Below, piece by piece: positions 1-9,349 of a DNA stretch of 64,000 bases. Every line of letters starts with the position of its first letter. Position 1 is the first letter of the stretch. Source of the stretch: an uncultured Candidatus Rokubacteria bacterium (lineage in GTDB: Bacteria > Methylomirabilota > Methylomirabilia > Rokubacteriales > DASRDR01); assembly GCA_963826115.1 (NCBI GenBank), contig CAWGVS010000005.1, positions 1,696,001 to 1,760,000 of the forward strand. Direction: 5' to 3'. The translations under genes and the position numbers were made by a program. The notes under the pieces were generated by a model. That model saw only the letters and a program-made list of their open reading frames with translations, had not been told where the DNA came from and did not search any database.

Positions 1-528
1 GACCTGCCCGTCCGACCCCACCCGCGGCTCGCCCGCGACCGCACCCCGGGCGAGCACATGGTCCACCAGTGCATGAGCGAGGACAAGTGGTTCACCGCCA
101 TGTTCGGGATCGACGTGGGCGCGCCGCCGGTCCCCCAGTCGGAGACGCGGCTCGGCTTCATCCGCCGCTACGCGGAGGACTCCGGGAAGCGGCTCGCGGC
201 ACTCCGGGGGAAAGACGAGGCGTGGTGGGAGACGGAGGTTCCGTTCTTCGACACGGTGCACAGCCGCGCCTGGATCATGGTCCGGCGGGTCGCGCACACC
301 GCGCACCACCGGGCCGAGCAGACGACGCTGCTCCGCCTCCTCGGCCACCAGGTCCACAGCGTCTACGGCCCCGCCATAGACACCGGCGGCCTTCCGGCCA
401 ACCGCGCCGCGACGATCTACGCCTACCCCGACATCCCTGCCCTCATCGAGGGCGAGTCGCACGGAGGCGCCAAGGCGCCCCTTCCCGGCCCCGGGCCCCA
501 CCCCAGCACGGAGCGCCCCGACCCGTAG
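1..528 (+). CDS. DinB-family protein (5'-truncated by the window edge)
   Basis: Frame is open from base 1 (DLPVRPHPRLARDRTPGEHMVHQCMSE). The His pattern 'EHMVHQ' ... 'RRVAHTAHHRAE' matches the DinB/YfiT four-helix metal-binding motif. Confidence 0.75.
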   Translation, partial: DLPVRPHPRLARDRTPGEHMVHQCMSEDKWFTAMFGIDVGAPPVPQSETRLGFIRRYAEDSGKRLAALRGKDEAWWETEVPFFDTVHSRAWIMVRRVAHTAHHRAEQTTLLRLLGHQVHSVYGPAIDTGGLPANRAATIYAYPDIPALIEGESHGGAKAPLPGPGPHPSTERPDP

Positions 529-598
529 CCCGCGTCTGACCCACGCGCATCTCGTGTACACTCGTGCCACACCTGACCGTCCGAAAGGAGGAGCCACC

Positions 599-817
599 AT
601 GCCGCATTCCTTCACCGTGACCCTCGGCGACGACGGGACCCTCATGAACGTCGTGTCCACCGATGGCAAGGGCGTCTCCGAGAAGATCGAGTCGCCTCCG
701 CCGTTGCCGCCCGGGAAGACGACTGGCGCCAACGGCATCGGCATCATCATGACCGTGGAAAACCCCATCTGCTGCTACTGGGTCCAGGGCGGGCGCGCGT
801 TCAAGGTCTGCTGGTAG
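599..817 (+). CDS. 72-aa hypothetical protein with a C-terminal Cys/aromatic tail (NPICCYWVQGGRAFKVCW)
   Basis: Strong SD (AAGGAGGAG) just before ATG 599, G/C-ending codons as in flanking genes, and it fills the gap between two genes. Confidence 0.8.
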   Translation: MPHSFTVTLGDDGTLMNVVSTDGKGVSEKIESPPPLPPGKTTGANGIGIIMTVENPICCYWVQGGRAFKVCW

Positions 818-863
818 ATAGCCGGCGGCCCGCGCCGCGGCCGGGCCCGACTCCGAGGGAGCC

Positions 864-2834
864 ATGGCACACGAGTTCCGGTATCTTTTCACCCCGATCC
901 GCGTCGGAGGCCTGACCCTCCGGAACCGTATCTTCTCCACCGGGCACGCCGAGGCCATGGCCGAGGAGGGCAAGCCCGGCCCCCGCCTGCGGGCATACCA
1001 CGAGGGCAAGGCCCGCGGCGGCTGCGCGCTCACGATCTTCGGCGGCTCGTCGAGCGTGCACCCCTCCTCCCCGGCGAGCGCGTGGAACATGCCCGCGAAC
1101 CACGACGACTCCATCATCCCGTCGTATCGCGCGATGGCGGAGGCCATCCATCGCCACGGCGCCCACGTGTTCACCCAGCTCACCCACATGGGCCGGCGCG
1201 CCCAGTCGGACAACGAGAGCTGGCACGTCCTCCTCGCGCCCTCCCAGATCCCCGAGAAGGTCCACCGCGAGATCCCGCACGAGATGGACGCGGACCAGAT
1301 CGCGATGCTCGTGCGCGCGTTCGGGGACGCGGTGCGGCGATGCCGCGAGGGCGGGCTGGACGGGGTCGAGCTTTCCTTCGCCCACAACCACCTGGTCGAC
1401 CAGTTCTGGTCGCCGATCTTCAACCAGCGGACGGACGAGTACGGCGGCAGCCTCGAGAACCGGATGCGCTTCGGCTTCGAGGTGCTCCGGGAGATCCGCC
1501 GCCAGGTCGGCCGGGACTACGTGGTCGGCGCCCGCATCTCGGGGGACGAGTTCACCGACGGCGGTCTGGCCGCCGAGGACATGGCGGAGATCGCCCACCG
1601 GCTCGCGGCCTCGGGGCTCGTCGACTTCCTCTCCATCATCGGCGGCGCGGCCCACTCGTTCGCCCTCCAGGCGGGCGCGGTCCCGAACATGTCGCTCCCG
1701 AACGCCGTGTACGTGCCCCTCGCCGCCGCCATCAAGGCGGCGGTGCCCGAGATCCCCATCTTCCACGCCACGCGCATCGTCGATCCGGTCCACGCCGACC
1801 AGATCCTCGCCGACGGGTCGCTGGACGTCGTGGGCATGACCCGCGCTCTCATCGCCGACCCCGACATGCCGAAGAAGGCCCGCGAGGGTCGGCTCGACGA
1901 GATCCGGCAGTGCGTCGGGGCGAACGAGGGCTGCATCGACCGCATCTACCAGGGGAAGCCCGTCACCTGCATCCAGAACCCGGGCGCCGGTCGCGAGGCC
2001 GAGCTCGGCCCCGATCTGGTGCCGGCGGCGACACGGAAGCGCGTGGTCGTGGTGGGCGGCGGGGTCGGCGGGCTCGAGACCGCGCGAGTGGCGGCCCTCC
2101 GCGGCCACCGCGTGGTGCTCTTCGAGAAGGGCCGCGAGCTCGGGGGGCAGGTCCTGGTCGCCGCGCGCACGCCGGCCCGGGCCGACTACGCGGGAATCGT
2201 CCGGTTCCTGGTGCGCCAGGTGGAGCGCCAGGGCGTCGACGTGCGGCTGTCGGCCGAGGCCGACGTGGACGCCGTCCTCGCCGAGCAGCCGGACGTCGTC
2301 GTGGTGGCGACGGGCTCCCATCCGCACGTCCCGTCGCTGCCGGGGCTGGATGGAAAGCACGTCGTGACCGACCGCGACGTGCTCCTGGGCCGCGCCGAGG
2401 TCGGGGAGCGCGTGGTGGTCGTGGACGACGTCCACACCCAGCAGGGGCTCTCGACGGCGGACTACCTCCTCGAGCAGGGCCGGCGCGTCGAGGTGATCTC
2501 GCGCCTCTTCTACGCGGGCCAGGACGTCGGCATCACGTCCATCGTGCCCCTCTACACGCGGCTCTTCTCGCAGGGCGTGGTCTTCACGCCGCACACGGAC
2601 CTGGTCGCCGTCGAGGGCTCGACCGTCGTCGTCGCCAACGTGTACACCGGTGAGGAGCGCCGCATCGAGGGCGTGGACACCATCGTCCTGTCCATGGGCG
2701 CGCGCTCGACGGACGCGCTCTACCGCGCGCTCCGGGGCCGCGTGCCCGCGCTCCACGCCGTCGGCGACTGCGTCGCCCCGCGAGGCGTGCACCACGCCAT
2801 CCTCGAGGGCACGCGCGTCGCCCGCCTGCTCTGA
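864..2834 (+). CDS. OYE-family FMN/FAD/Fe-S oxidoreductase, DgcA/HpbA-like (N-demethylase clade)
   Basis: TIM-barrel motifs (LRNRIFSTGH, QLTHMGRR, DQFWSP..NQRTDEYGGSLENR). Fe-S motif CVGANEGCIDRIYQGKPVTC has the C-to-A change I recall from DgcA. FAD motif VVGGGVGG. SD GAGGGAG. Confidence 0.85.
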   Translation: MAHEFRYLFTPIRVGGLTLRNRIFSTGHAEAMAEEGKPGPRLRAYHEGKARGGCALTIFGGSSSVHPSSPASAWNMPANHDDSIIPSYRAMAEAIHRHGAHVFTQLTHMGRRAQSDNESWHVLLAPSQIPEKVHREIPHEMDADQIAMLVRAFGDAVRRCREGGLDGVELSFAHNHLVDQFWSPIFNQRTDEYGGSLENRMRFGFEVLREIRRQVGRDYVVGARISGDEFTDGGLAAEDMAEIAHRLAASGLVDFLSIIGGAAHSFALQAGAVPNMSLPNAVYVPLAAAIKAAVPEIPIFHATRIVDPVHADQILADGSLDVVGMTRALIADPDMPKKAREGRLDEIRQCVGANEGCIDRIYQGKPVTCIQNPGAGREAELGPDLVPAATRKRVVVVGGGVGGLETARVAALRGHRVVLFEKGRELGGQVLVAARTPARADYAGIVRFLVRQVERQGVDVRLSAEADVDAVLAEQPDVVVVATGSHPHVPSLPGLDGKHVVTDRDVLLGRAEVGERVVVVDDVHTQQGLSTADYLLEQGRRVEVISRLFYAGQDVGITSIVPLYTRLFSQGVVFTPHTDLVAVEGSTVVVANVYTGEERRIEGVDTIVLSMGARSTDALYRALRGRVPALHAVGDCVAPRGVHHAILEGTRVARLL

Positions 2835-2842
2835 GTCACACT

Positions 2843-2903
2843 CCGGGGTCAGGCCCTGACTTTGACGTCCCGAGCGTGAATCAAAGCCCAGGCGCGACCC
2901 CGG
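2843..2903. repeat. REP-like imperfect palindrome overlapping the etfA start
   Basis: Paired arms CCGGGGTC/GACCCCGG, CCTG/CAGG and CTTTGA/TCAAAG around a short loop. Confidence 0.6.
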
Positions 2904-3910
2904 TTTGGGTCGTGGCGGAGCCGGGGGCGGCCGAGCCGACGCTCGAGGCGATCGGAGAGGCGGCCGAGCTCGCGCGGCCCGGCTCTCCGGGCGTCGTGGC
3001 CGTCGGGCCCGCCGCGGCCCGCGACGCCCTCGCTCCCCTCGCTGCCCACGGAGCGACGCGCCTTCTGTGGCTCCGGACGGCGGAACCTGCGTCATCGGCC
3101 GAGGCCGGCCGCGCGGCGGGGGCCTGGCTCCGCGCTCAAGGCGCCGGCGCGCCGGTCGTCCTGCTCCCGCACACCCGTCATGGAGCGGGCGTGGCGGCGC
3201 ACCTCACGGTGCTGCTCGACGCCGCCCTCGCGCCCGACGCCGTTGGCGTCCGGCGACACGCCGACGGCGGGCTCGAGGTGACGCGACCCGCCTACGGTGA
3301 CCGGCTGTACGCGACGGTGCGGGTCCCACCGGCCACGGCCGCGGTCGTCACGCTCAGGCCCGGCGCCCTCGGCGTGGGGCCGCGTCGCGCCGCGACGGCC
3401 GTGGCCGTCGAGGAGGCGCCGGCCGCGACCGAGGGCGCGCCGGCCCCGCCGCGCGTCCGCCGCGTGATCGCCGCGGACCCCCGCACGGTGGACATCCGGG
3501 ACGCCGAGCGGATCGTCGCCGGCGGGCGCGGTGTCGGAGCGGACGGGTTCCAGCACCTCCAGGTGCTGGCGGACCTCCTGGGCGCCGCGGTCGGCGGAAG
3601 CCGGGTGGCCGTCGACCTCGGCTGGATTCCGTGGGAGCGCCAGGTCGGCCAGAGCGGGCGCGCGGTCGCGCCCGAGCTCTATCTCGCCTTCGGCATCTCC
3701 GGGGCGAGCCAGCACCTTGCCGGCATCGAGCGCGCGCGCGCCGTGATCGCCGTGAACGCGGACCCGGCGGCGCCGCTCCTCGGGCGGGCGCAGCTCGCTG
3801 CCGTCGCGGACTGGCGCCCCGTCGCGGAGGCGCTGATCGAGCGCCTCCGGGCGCGCCGCGACACGGCCCCGGACGGACGAGCGCCCGCCAGCCCCGGGGC
3901 CGCCGAGTGA
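2876..3910 (+). CDS. etfA: Electron transfer flavoprotein alpha subunit
   Basis: Motifs IVAGGRGVG, GAAVGGSRVAVD, QVGQSG, PELYLAFGISGASQHLAG, IAVNADP. Confidence 0.92.
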   Translation: MNQSPGATPVWVVAEPGAAEPTLEAIGEAAELARPGSPGVVAVGPAAARDALAPLAAHGATRLLWLRTAEPASSAEAGRAAGAWLRAQGAGAPVVLLPHTRHGAGVAAHLTVLLDAALAPDAVGVRRHADGGLEVTRPAYGDRLYATVRVPPATAAVVTLRPGALGVGPRRAATAVAVEEAPAATEGAPAPPRVRRVIAADPRTVDIRDAERIVAGGRGVGADGFQHLQVLADLLGAAVGGSRVAVDLGWIPWERQVGQSGRAVAPELYLAFGISGASQHLAGIERARAVIAVNADPAAPLLGRAQLAAVADWRPVAEALIERLRARRDTAPDGRAPASPGAAE

Positions 3911-5874
3911 CCGACGTCACCCGCGTCATCTGGTGGAACGTCCCGGGATGGCTCGAGACGCTTCTCTACGTCGGCACCGCGCTCGGCCTCGGGCTGAGCG
4001 CGCTCGTCCTCGCGCGCCGCGCCCGGACCGTGCTCCGCGGGCGCCCGATCCGGCCACCGCGCGCCTTCGAGCTCGGGTCGGCCGTCCGGCGCGTCCTCGG
4101 CGACGTGCTGACCCACCGGCGGCTCTTCGAGGATCGCGGCGCGGGCTGGGCCCATGCCCTCCTCTTCTACGGCTTCCTGGCCCTCTTCATCGGCACGTGC
4201 CTGGTGTTCGTCCACGACAAGATCGTCGCGTTCCTCGTCGGGCCGACCTACCTCGTATTCTCGTTCCTCCTCGAATGGGCCGGGCTCGCGTTCCTCGCCG
4301 GCGTCGGCTGGACGGCCTGGCGGCGGCTCGCCGGGCGCGTGCCCCGGCTCGAGCGGAGCGGCGTCGCGCTCGGGATCCTGGCGCTCCTCGGCGCCATCGG
4401 GGTGACAGGTTTCCTCCTGGAGGCCGCGCGGATCGCGGCCACCGACCCGCCGTTCGAGGCGTGGTCGTTCGTGGGGTGGACACTCTCGCGGGCCCTGATG
4501 GCGGCGGGCGTGCCCGCAGCGCCGTTCCACCGGGTGCTGTGGGGCACGCACGCGGCGCTCTGCTGGTTGTTCTTCGGCCTGATCGGGGTGACCGTCCTCC
4601 GCCACATGATCGTCGCCCCGGTGCAGATCGCCCTCCGCCAGCTCCGGACCCCGGGACGGCTCGCGCCCCCCCTCGCCGAGCCCGCGCCGCTCGAGCCCGA
4701 GCGGCTCACGTGGGCCCAGCTGCTCGACGCGGCGACGTGCGTCCGCTGCGGCCGCTGCACGGCCGTGTGTCCCGCGACCGCGGCCGGCAAGCCTCTCGAT
4801 CCCCGGCGCGTGGTCCAGGCGACGCTCCAGGCGATGCGCGACGGCCGGGCGCTCGACACCCTGGTCACGCCTGACGAGGCCTGGTCGTGCACGACGTGCG
4901 CGGCCTGCGTCCGCGCGTGCCCGTTCGAGATCGAGGTCCTGGACAAGCTGGTGGACCTGCGCCGCGGGCTGGTCGAGGCGGGCGCGATCGACCCCGCCGC
5001 CGCGCGAGCGCTCGAGGGAATCGCGGAGCGCGGTAATCCCTTCGGCGGGGTGCCGGCGGATCGCCAGGCCTGGGCGGCCGGCCTCGACGTGCGCGTCCTC
5101 CGTCCCGGCGAGGAGACCGACGTCCTCTACTGGGTCGGCTGCGCCGGCGCGTTCGATCCCCACGGGCGGCGGATCGCCCAGGCGACCGCGCGGCTCCTCC
5201 GGGCGGCGGGCGTCGAGTTCGCGGTCCTCGGCTCCGCCGAGACCTGCACGGGCGACCCGGCGCGCCGGATCGGAGACGAGACGGCCTTCCGCGACGCGGC
5301 CGGCCGCGTCGCGGCCACCCTCGACGGCGTGCGCTTCCGGCGCCTCGTCACCCACTGCGCGCACTGCTTCAACGTCTTCCGCAACGAGCTCGGTCCCGCG
5401 ACGGATCGCGCCGCCGTCCCGGCGGTCCACCACACCGAGCTGCTCGCCGAGCTGGTCGAGGCGGGCCGGCTCGAGCCGCGCGCCGCCGCGTCCGAGCCCG
5501 TGACTCTCCACGATCCCTGCTACCTGGCGCGTCACAACGGGGAGACGCGCGCGCCGAGGGCGGCGCTCGGCGCCGCGAGCGCCGGGCTGGTGGAGATGCC
5601 GCGGAGCGGCCAGCAGACATTCTGCTGCGGCGCGGGCGGCGGCGGGGCGTGGGTCGAGGTGCGCAAGGGCTCCCGGATCGCTGCGCTCCGGATGGCCGAG
5701 GCGCGCCAGACCGGCGCGCGGGTGGTGGCGACCGCGTGTCCCTTCTGCGCCCTCATGCTCTCGGGCGAGACCCAGCCCGGCGACATCGCGGTGCGCGACG
5801 TGGCCGAGCTCCTGTGGGAGAGCCAGCCCGGTCCCGCCGCGGCGGGCGGCGCCGCCCGTCCGGGGCCCGCATGA
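3907..5874 (+). CDS. Membrane-bound Fe-S oxidoreductase (DgcB/FadF/HdrD-like; probable ETF:quinone oxidoreductase)
   Basis: GTG overlaps the etfA stop. N-terminal TM helices with His, two ferredoxin motifs (CVRCGRCTAVCP, CTTCAACVRACP) and CCG domains (YWVGC, HDPCYL, FCCGAGGG, TACPFC). Confidence 0.88.
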   Translation: MTDVTRVIWWNVPGWLETLLYVGTALGLGLSALVLARRARTVLRGRPIRPPRAFELGSAVRRVLGDVLTHRRLFEDRGAGWAHALLFYGFLALFIGTCLVFVHDKIVAFLVGPTYLVFSFLLEWAGLAFLAGVGWTAWRRLAGRVPRLERSGVALGILALLGAIGVTGFLLEAARIAATDPPFEAWSFVGWTLSRALMAAGVPAAPFHRVLWGTHAALCWLFFGLIGVTVLRHMIVAPVQIALRQLRTPGRLAPPLAEPAPLEPERLTWAQLLDAATCVRCGRCTAVCPATAAGKPLDPRRVVQATLQAMRDGRALDTLVTPDEAWSCTTCAACVRACPFEIEVLDKLVDLRRGLVEAGAIDPAAARALEGIAERGNPFGGVPADRQAWAAGLDVRVLRPGEETDVLYWVGCAGAFDPHGRRIAQATARLLRAAGVEFAVLGSAETCTGDPARRIGDETAFRDAAGRVAATLDGVRFRRLVTHCAHCFNVFRNELGPATDRAAVPAVHHTELLAELVEAGRLEPRAAASEPVTLHDPCYLARHNGETRAPRAALGAASAGLVEMPRSGQQTFCCGAGGGGAWVEVRKGSRIAALRMAEARQTGARVVATACPFCALMLSGETQPGDIAVRDVAELLWESQPGPAAAGGAARPGPA

Positions 5875-6767
5875 TCGCACTGGTGCTCGTCCACGACGGC
5901 CTCGACGTCTCGGCCGACCTCGAGCTCGCCGAGCCCGGGGCGGACCGTGGCGCCGTCCGTCACCGTGGCGGCGACCGGCTCGTCGTGACCGCGCGGGCGG
6001 ACCGCGCGGCTCTCGAGTGGGCGAGCGCCCTCACCCCCGAGGTCGTCGCGCTCACGGTGGGCCCGCCCGACTCGGAGGGCACGGTCGCCTGGGCCTCGGG
6101 CCGCGGCGCCGCGAAAGCCGTGAGGATCTGGGACGACGGGCTCGAGGCCCTCGATCTCGCGGCGATGGCGCGCGTCGTCGCGGCCGCCGTCCGGCGGATC
6201 GCCCCGGACCTCGTCCTCGCCGGCGAGCGCGGGCTCGCCGGCGCCACCGGGACCCTCCCCGCCCTCGTGGCCGCGCATCTCGGCTGGCCGTGCGCCGACG
6301 GCGTGATCCGGGTCACCGGCTCCGCGGTGGAGCGGCGGCTCGCGGGCGGCCGCCGCGAGGAGCTCGCCCTCTCGCCCCCGGCCGTCATCACGGTGACCGC
6401 GGATTCCATCGAGCCGCGCTACGTGTCGGTCCGCGCGCGGCGCGAGGCGGCGCGGCGCGGCCACGAGACCTGGTCGCTCGCGGACCTGGGCCTCACGCCC
6501 GACGCGGTCCGCGGGATGGTCAGGACCCGCGTGGACCGCGTGGACTGGCCGAGGCCCCGTCCCCGCCGGACAGCCCAGACCGCCGCGCCCGCCGGCCCGC
6601 GCTCGGCCGCGGACCGTCTCCGCCAGCTGGTCGGCGGCGGCGCCGGAGCCGCGCGGACCGGGACCGCCACGCCGGCAGCGACGCCGACATCGCGCGTCGT
6701 CGAAGGTGACGCCCGCGCGGTCGCCGATCGCATCCTGTCCTTCCTCGAGCAGCAGGGCTTCGTGTGA
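5871..6767 (+). CDS. etfB: Electron transfer flavoprotein beta subunit (divergent)
   Basis: ATGA overlap. Motifs DRAALEWA, VVALTVGP, GAAKAVRI, PDLVLAG, LPALVAAHLGWP, PAVITV, EPRYVS. Confidence 0.8.
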   Translation: MIALVLVHDGLDVSADLELAEPGADRGAVRHRGGDRLVVTARADRAALEWASALTPEVVALTVGPPDSEGTVAWASGRGAAKAVRIWDDGLEALDLAAMARVVAAAVRRIAPDLVLAGERGLAGATGTLPALVAAHLGWPCADGVIRVTGSAVERRLAGGRREELALSPPAVITVTADSIEPRYVSVRARREAARRGHETWSLADLGLTPDAVRGMVRTRVDRVDWPRPRPRRTAQTAAPAGPRSAADRLRQLVGGGAGAARTGTATPAATPTSRVVEGDARAVADRILSFLEQQGFV

Positions 6768-6780
6768 GGAGGAGCGCCCG

Positions 6781-8343
6781 ATGAACGCGTCGGACTTCCT
6801 GCCGGTCGATTTCAACGTCGCAAGCTGGTTCGTCGACCGCCCGGTGGCCGAGGGGCGTGGCGCGGCCCCGGCGTTCCACTGCGAGGACCGCGTCCTCAGC
6901 TACGGCGACCTGAAGGAGCTCGTCGACCGCACCGGCCACGCGCTCCGCGACCTCGGCGTGGACATGGAGCAGCGCGTGGTGATGGTCTGCCTCGACGCGC
7001 CGGAGTTCCTGGGCGCCTTCTGGGGCGCGATCAAGATCGGCGCGGTGCCGGTCCCGGTGAACACCCTCCTCCGCGCCCCCGACTACCGCTACGTCCTCGA
7101 GGACACCCGGGCGCGGGTCGCGGTCGTCTCGGCGGCCCTCCTCCCCGAGGTGGCGCCTGCGCTCGAGGGGCTGCGGCATCTCCGCCACGTGCTGGTCGCC
7201 GGCGGTCCGCCGGGGCCCCACCTGTCGTTCGAGGACCGGATCTCGCGCGCGGCCCGGACCCTGGAGGCGGCTCCGACCACGCGCGACGACGTCGCGTTCT
7301 GGCTCTACTCGTCGGGCTCGACCGGACGCCCGAAGGGCGCCGTCCACCTCCAGCACGACATGGTGGTCGCCGCCGAGACCTACGCGAAGCAGGTGCTCGG
7401 CATGCGGCCGACCGACAAGGTCTACTCGGTGGCCAAGCTCTTCTTCGCCTACGGGCTCGGGAACGCCGGCTACTTCCCGATGAGCGTGGGCGCGCAGAGC
7501 GTCCTCTACCCGCGCCGGCCGACCCCGGAGACGGTGTTCGACCTGATCCAGCGCCACCGGCCGACGATCTTCTTCGGCGTGCCGACGCTCTACGCGGCGA
7601 TGCTCGCCGCCAAGGAGGCCGAGCGCGCCGACGTCTCGTCCCTCCGCCTCTGCGTATCGGCGGGCGAGGCGCTGCCGGCGGACCTCTACCGGCGCTGGCG
7701 CGAGCGGTTCGGCGTGGAGGTGGTCGACGGCATCGGCACCACCGAGAGCGGCCACATCTTCCTGTCGAACCGGCCGGGGTCCGTGCGGCCGGGGTCGTCC
7801 GGCCTCCCGGTCCCCGGCTACGAGTGCGCGATCGTGGACGACGAGGGGCGCCCGGTCGCGCATGGCGAGATCGGGAACCTCCGGGTCCGCGGGGACTCCA
7901 CGATGGCCTACTACTGGAACCAGCACGAGAAGACGAAGGCCAGCCTCTTCGGCCCCTGGATCCAGACCGGCGACAAGTACCACCAGGACCCGGACGGCTA
8001 TTTCTGGTACGACGGCCGCGGCGACGACATGCTGAAGGTCGGCGGCATCTGGGTCTCGCCCATCGAGGTCGAGGCCACGCTGATCCAGCACGACGCGGTG
8101 CTCGAGGCCGCCGTCGTCGGCCAGGAGGACGACGACCGGCTCGTCAAGCCGCGGGCCTACGTCGTCCTGAAGGACCCCGCGCGCGGGTCGGAGGCGCTCG
8201 CGGCCGAGCTCCGCGCGTTCGTGAAGGACAAGATCGCCCCGTACAAGTACCCGCGGTGGATCGACTTCGTCCCGGACCTCCCGAAGACCGCCACCGGCAA
8301 GATCCAGCGGTTCAAGCTCCGCCAGGAGGCACCGGGGACCTGA
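6781..8343 (+). CDS. Benzoate-CoA ligase family protein
   Basis: SD GAGGAGGAG. Motifs WLYSSGSTGRPKG, AKLFFAYGLGN, DGIGTTE..HIFLSN, PKTATGKIQRFKLR. Confidence 0.9.
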   Translation: MNASDFLPVDFNVASWFVDRPVAEGRGAAPAFHCEDRVLSYGDLKELVDRTGHALRDLGVDMEQRVVMVCLDAPEFLGAFWGAIKIGAVPVPVNTLLRAPDYRYVLEDTRARVAVVSAALLPEVAPALEGLRHLRHVLVAGGPPGPHLSFEDRISRAARTLEAAPTTRDDVAFWLYSSGSTGRPKGAVHLQHDMVVAAETYAKQVLGMRPTDKVYSVAKLFFAYGLGNAGYFPMSVGAQSVLYPRRPTPETVFDLIQRHRPTIFFGVPTLYAAMLAAKEAERADVSSLRLCVSAGEALPADLYRRWRERFGVEVVDGIGTTESGHIFLSNRPGSVRPGSSGLPVPGYECAIVDDEGRPVAHGEIGNLRVRGDSTMAYYWNQHEKTKASLFGPWIQTGDKYHQDPDGYFWYDGRGDDMLKVGGIWVSPIEVEATLIQHDAVLEAAVVGQEDDDRLVKPRAYVVLKDPARGSEALAAELRAFVKDKIAPYKYPRWIDFVPDLPKTATGKIQRFKLRQEAPGT

Positions 8344-8404
8344 TCGCGCGCCCGAGCGTCGACGACGGGCGCGCGACGCAACGGGCGGGCCTCGGCCGGC
8401 GGGA

Positions 8405-8668
8405 TCAGGCGATCGAGGCGCGGGTGGGGACGACCAGGAAGTCGAGGAGGGCCCAGCTCGAGGGCACCGGGCCGCGGCGGTCTCGGCGGCGGCGCTCGGA
8501 CCCGGGAGTCGACGCCCCACCGGTCCGGCGGCGCTGACCCTCGCGGCGGTCCCAGACGACCTCGACGCCCTCGGGCGCGAAAGCCGACCGGAGGGCGGCA
8601 AATCGGTCGACAGCTCCGGCGCGGACGATGATGAGCGCGCCCGACTCCGCGCGGCCAGCCTCGGTCAT
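8405..8668 (-). CDS. Small hypothetical protein with a DRR..RR..ERR..DRR motif
   Basis: SD GGAGG upstream. Sequence VEVVWDRREGQRRR...SERRRRDRR. Confidence 0.6.
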   Translation of the reverse strand: MTEAGRAESGALIIVRAGAVDRFAALRSAFAPEGVEVVWDRREGQRRRTGGASTPGSERRRRDRRGPVPSSWALLDFLVVPTRASIA

Positions 8669-8755
8669 GAGGGTCCCTCCGGGCGCCTACTGTGCCCCGG
8701 GTCCGCCCGACCGTCAATCCCGACGTCGAGCCCGACGTGGCATAATCAATGGGCC

Positions 8756-9331
8756 ATGGCGATCTTCACCGGACGCATCGAGCGGGCGATCGCGATGGCC
8801 ATGCGCGCCCACGAGAAGCAGGTCCGGAAGGGCGACGGCCAGCTGCCCTACGTGGTCCACCCCGTCACCGTCGCCCTGATCCTCTCGCGCTACACGGGCG
8901 AGGAGGACACGATCATCGCGGGCCTCCTCCACGACACGCTCGAGGACACCGACACGACCCCCGAGGACATCGAGCGCGAGTTCGGCCAGAAGGTCCGCGA
9001 CATCGTCGTCGACGTGACGGAGCCCGACCTCCCAGGCCTGTCCTGGGAGACCAAGAAGGCCCGGTACCTGCGCCGGCTCCAGGCCGCGCCGCGCCCATCC
9101 CTCCTGGTGGCGGCCGCCGACAAGACCGCCAACCTGATCTCGATGATCGCGGTGCACGCGTCGATGGGCGAGGCGCTGTGGGAGCGGTTCAACGTGCCCC
9201 CCGGGTTCAAGCTCGGCTTCTACCGCCAGGTCCACACGCTGATCCGCTCGTCGTGGTCGACCTGCCCGGTCCTCCAGGAGTTCGGCAACCGCCTCGAGGA
9301 AGCCGAGCGGAAGCTGGGCGCCCGTCCGTAA
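8756..9331 (+). CDS. HD-domain protein, small alarmone (ppGpp) hydrolase/MESH1-like
   Basis: Motifs HEKQVRK, PYVVHP, AGLLHDTLEDT, ADK. No synthetase domain. Confidence 0.85.
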   Translation: MAIFTGRIERAIAMAMRAHEKQVRKGDGQLPYVVHPVTVALILSRYTGEEDTIIAGLLHDTLEDTDTTPEDIEREFGQKVRDIVVDVTEPDLPGLSWETKKARYLRRLQAAPRPSLLVAAADKTANLISMIAVHASMGEALWERFNVPPGFKLGFYRQVHTLIRSSWSTCPVLQEFGNRLEEAERKLGARP

Positions 9332-9349
9332 GACCCCCGTGGCCGGCGA

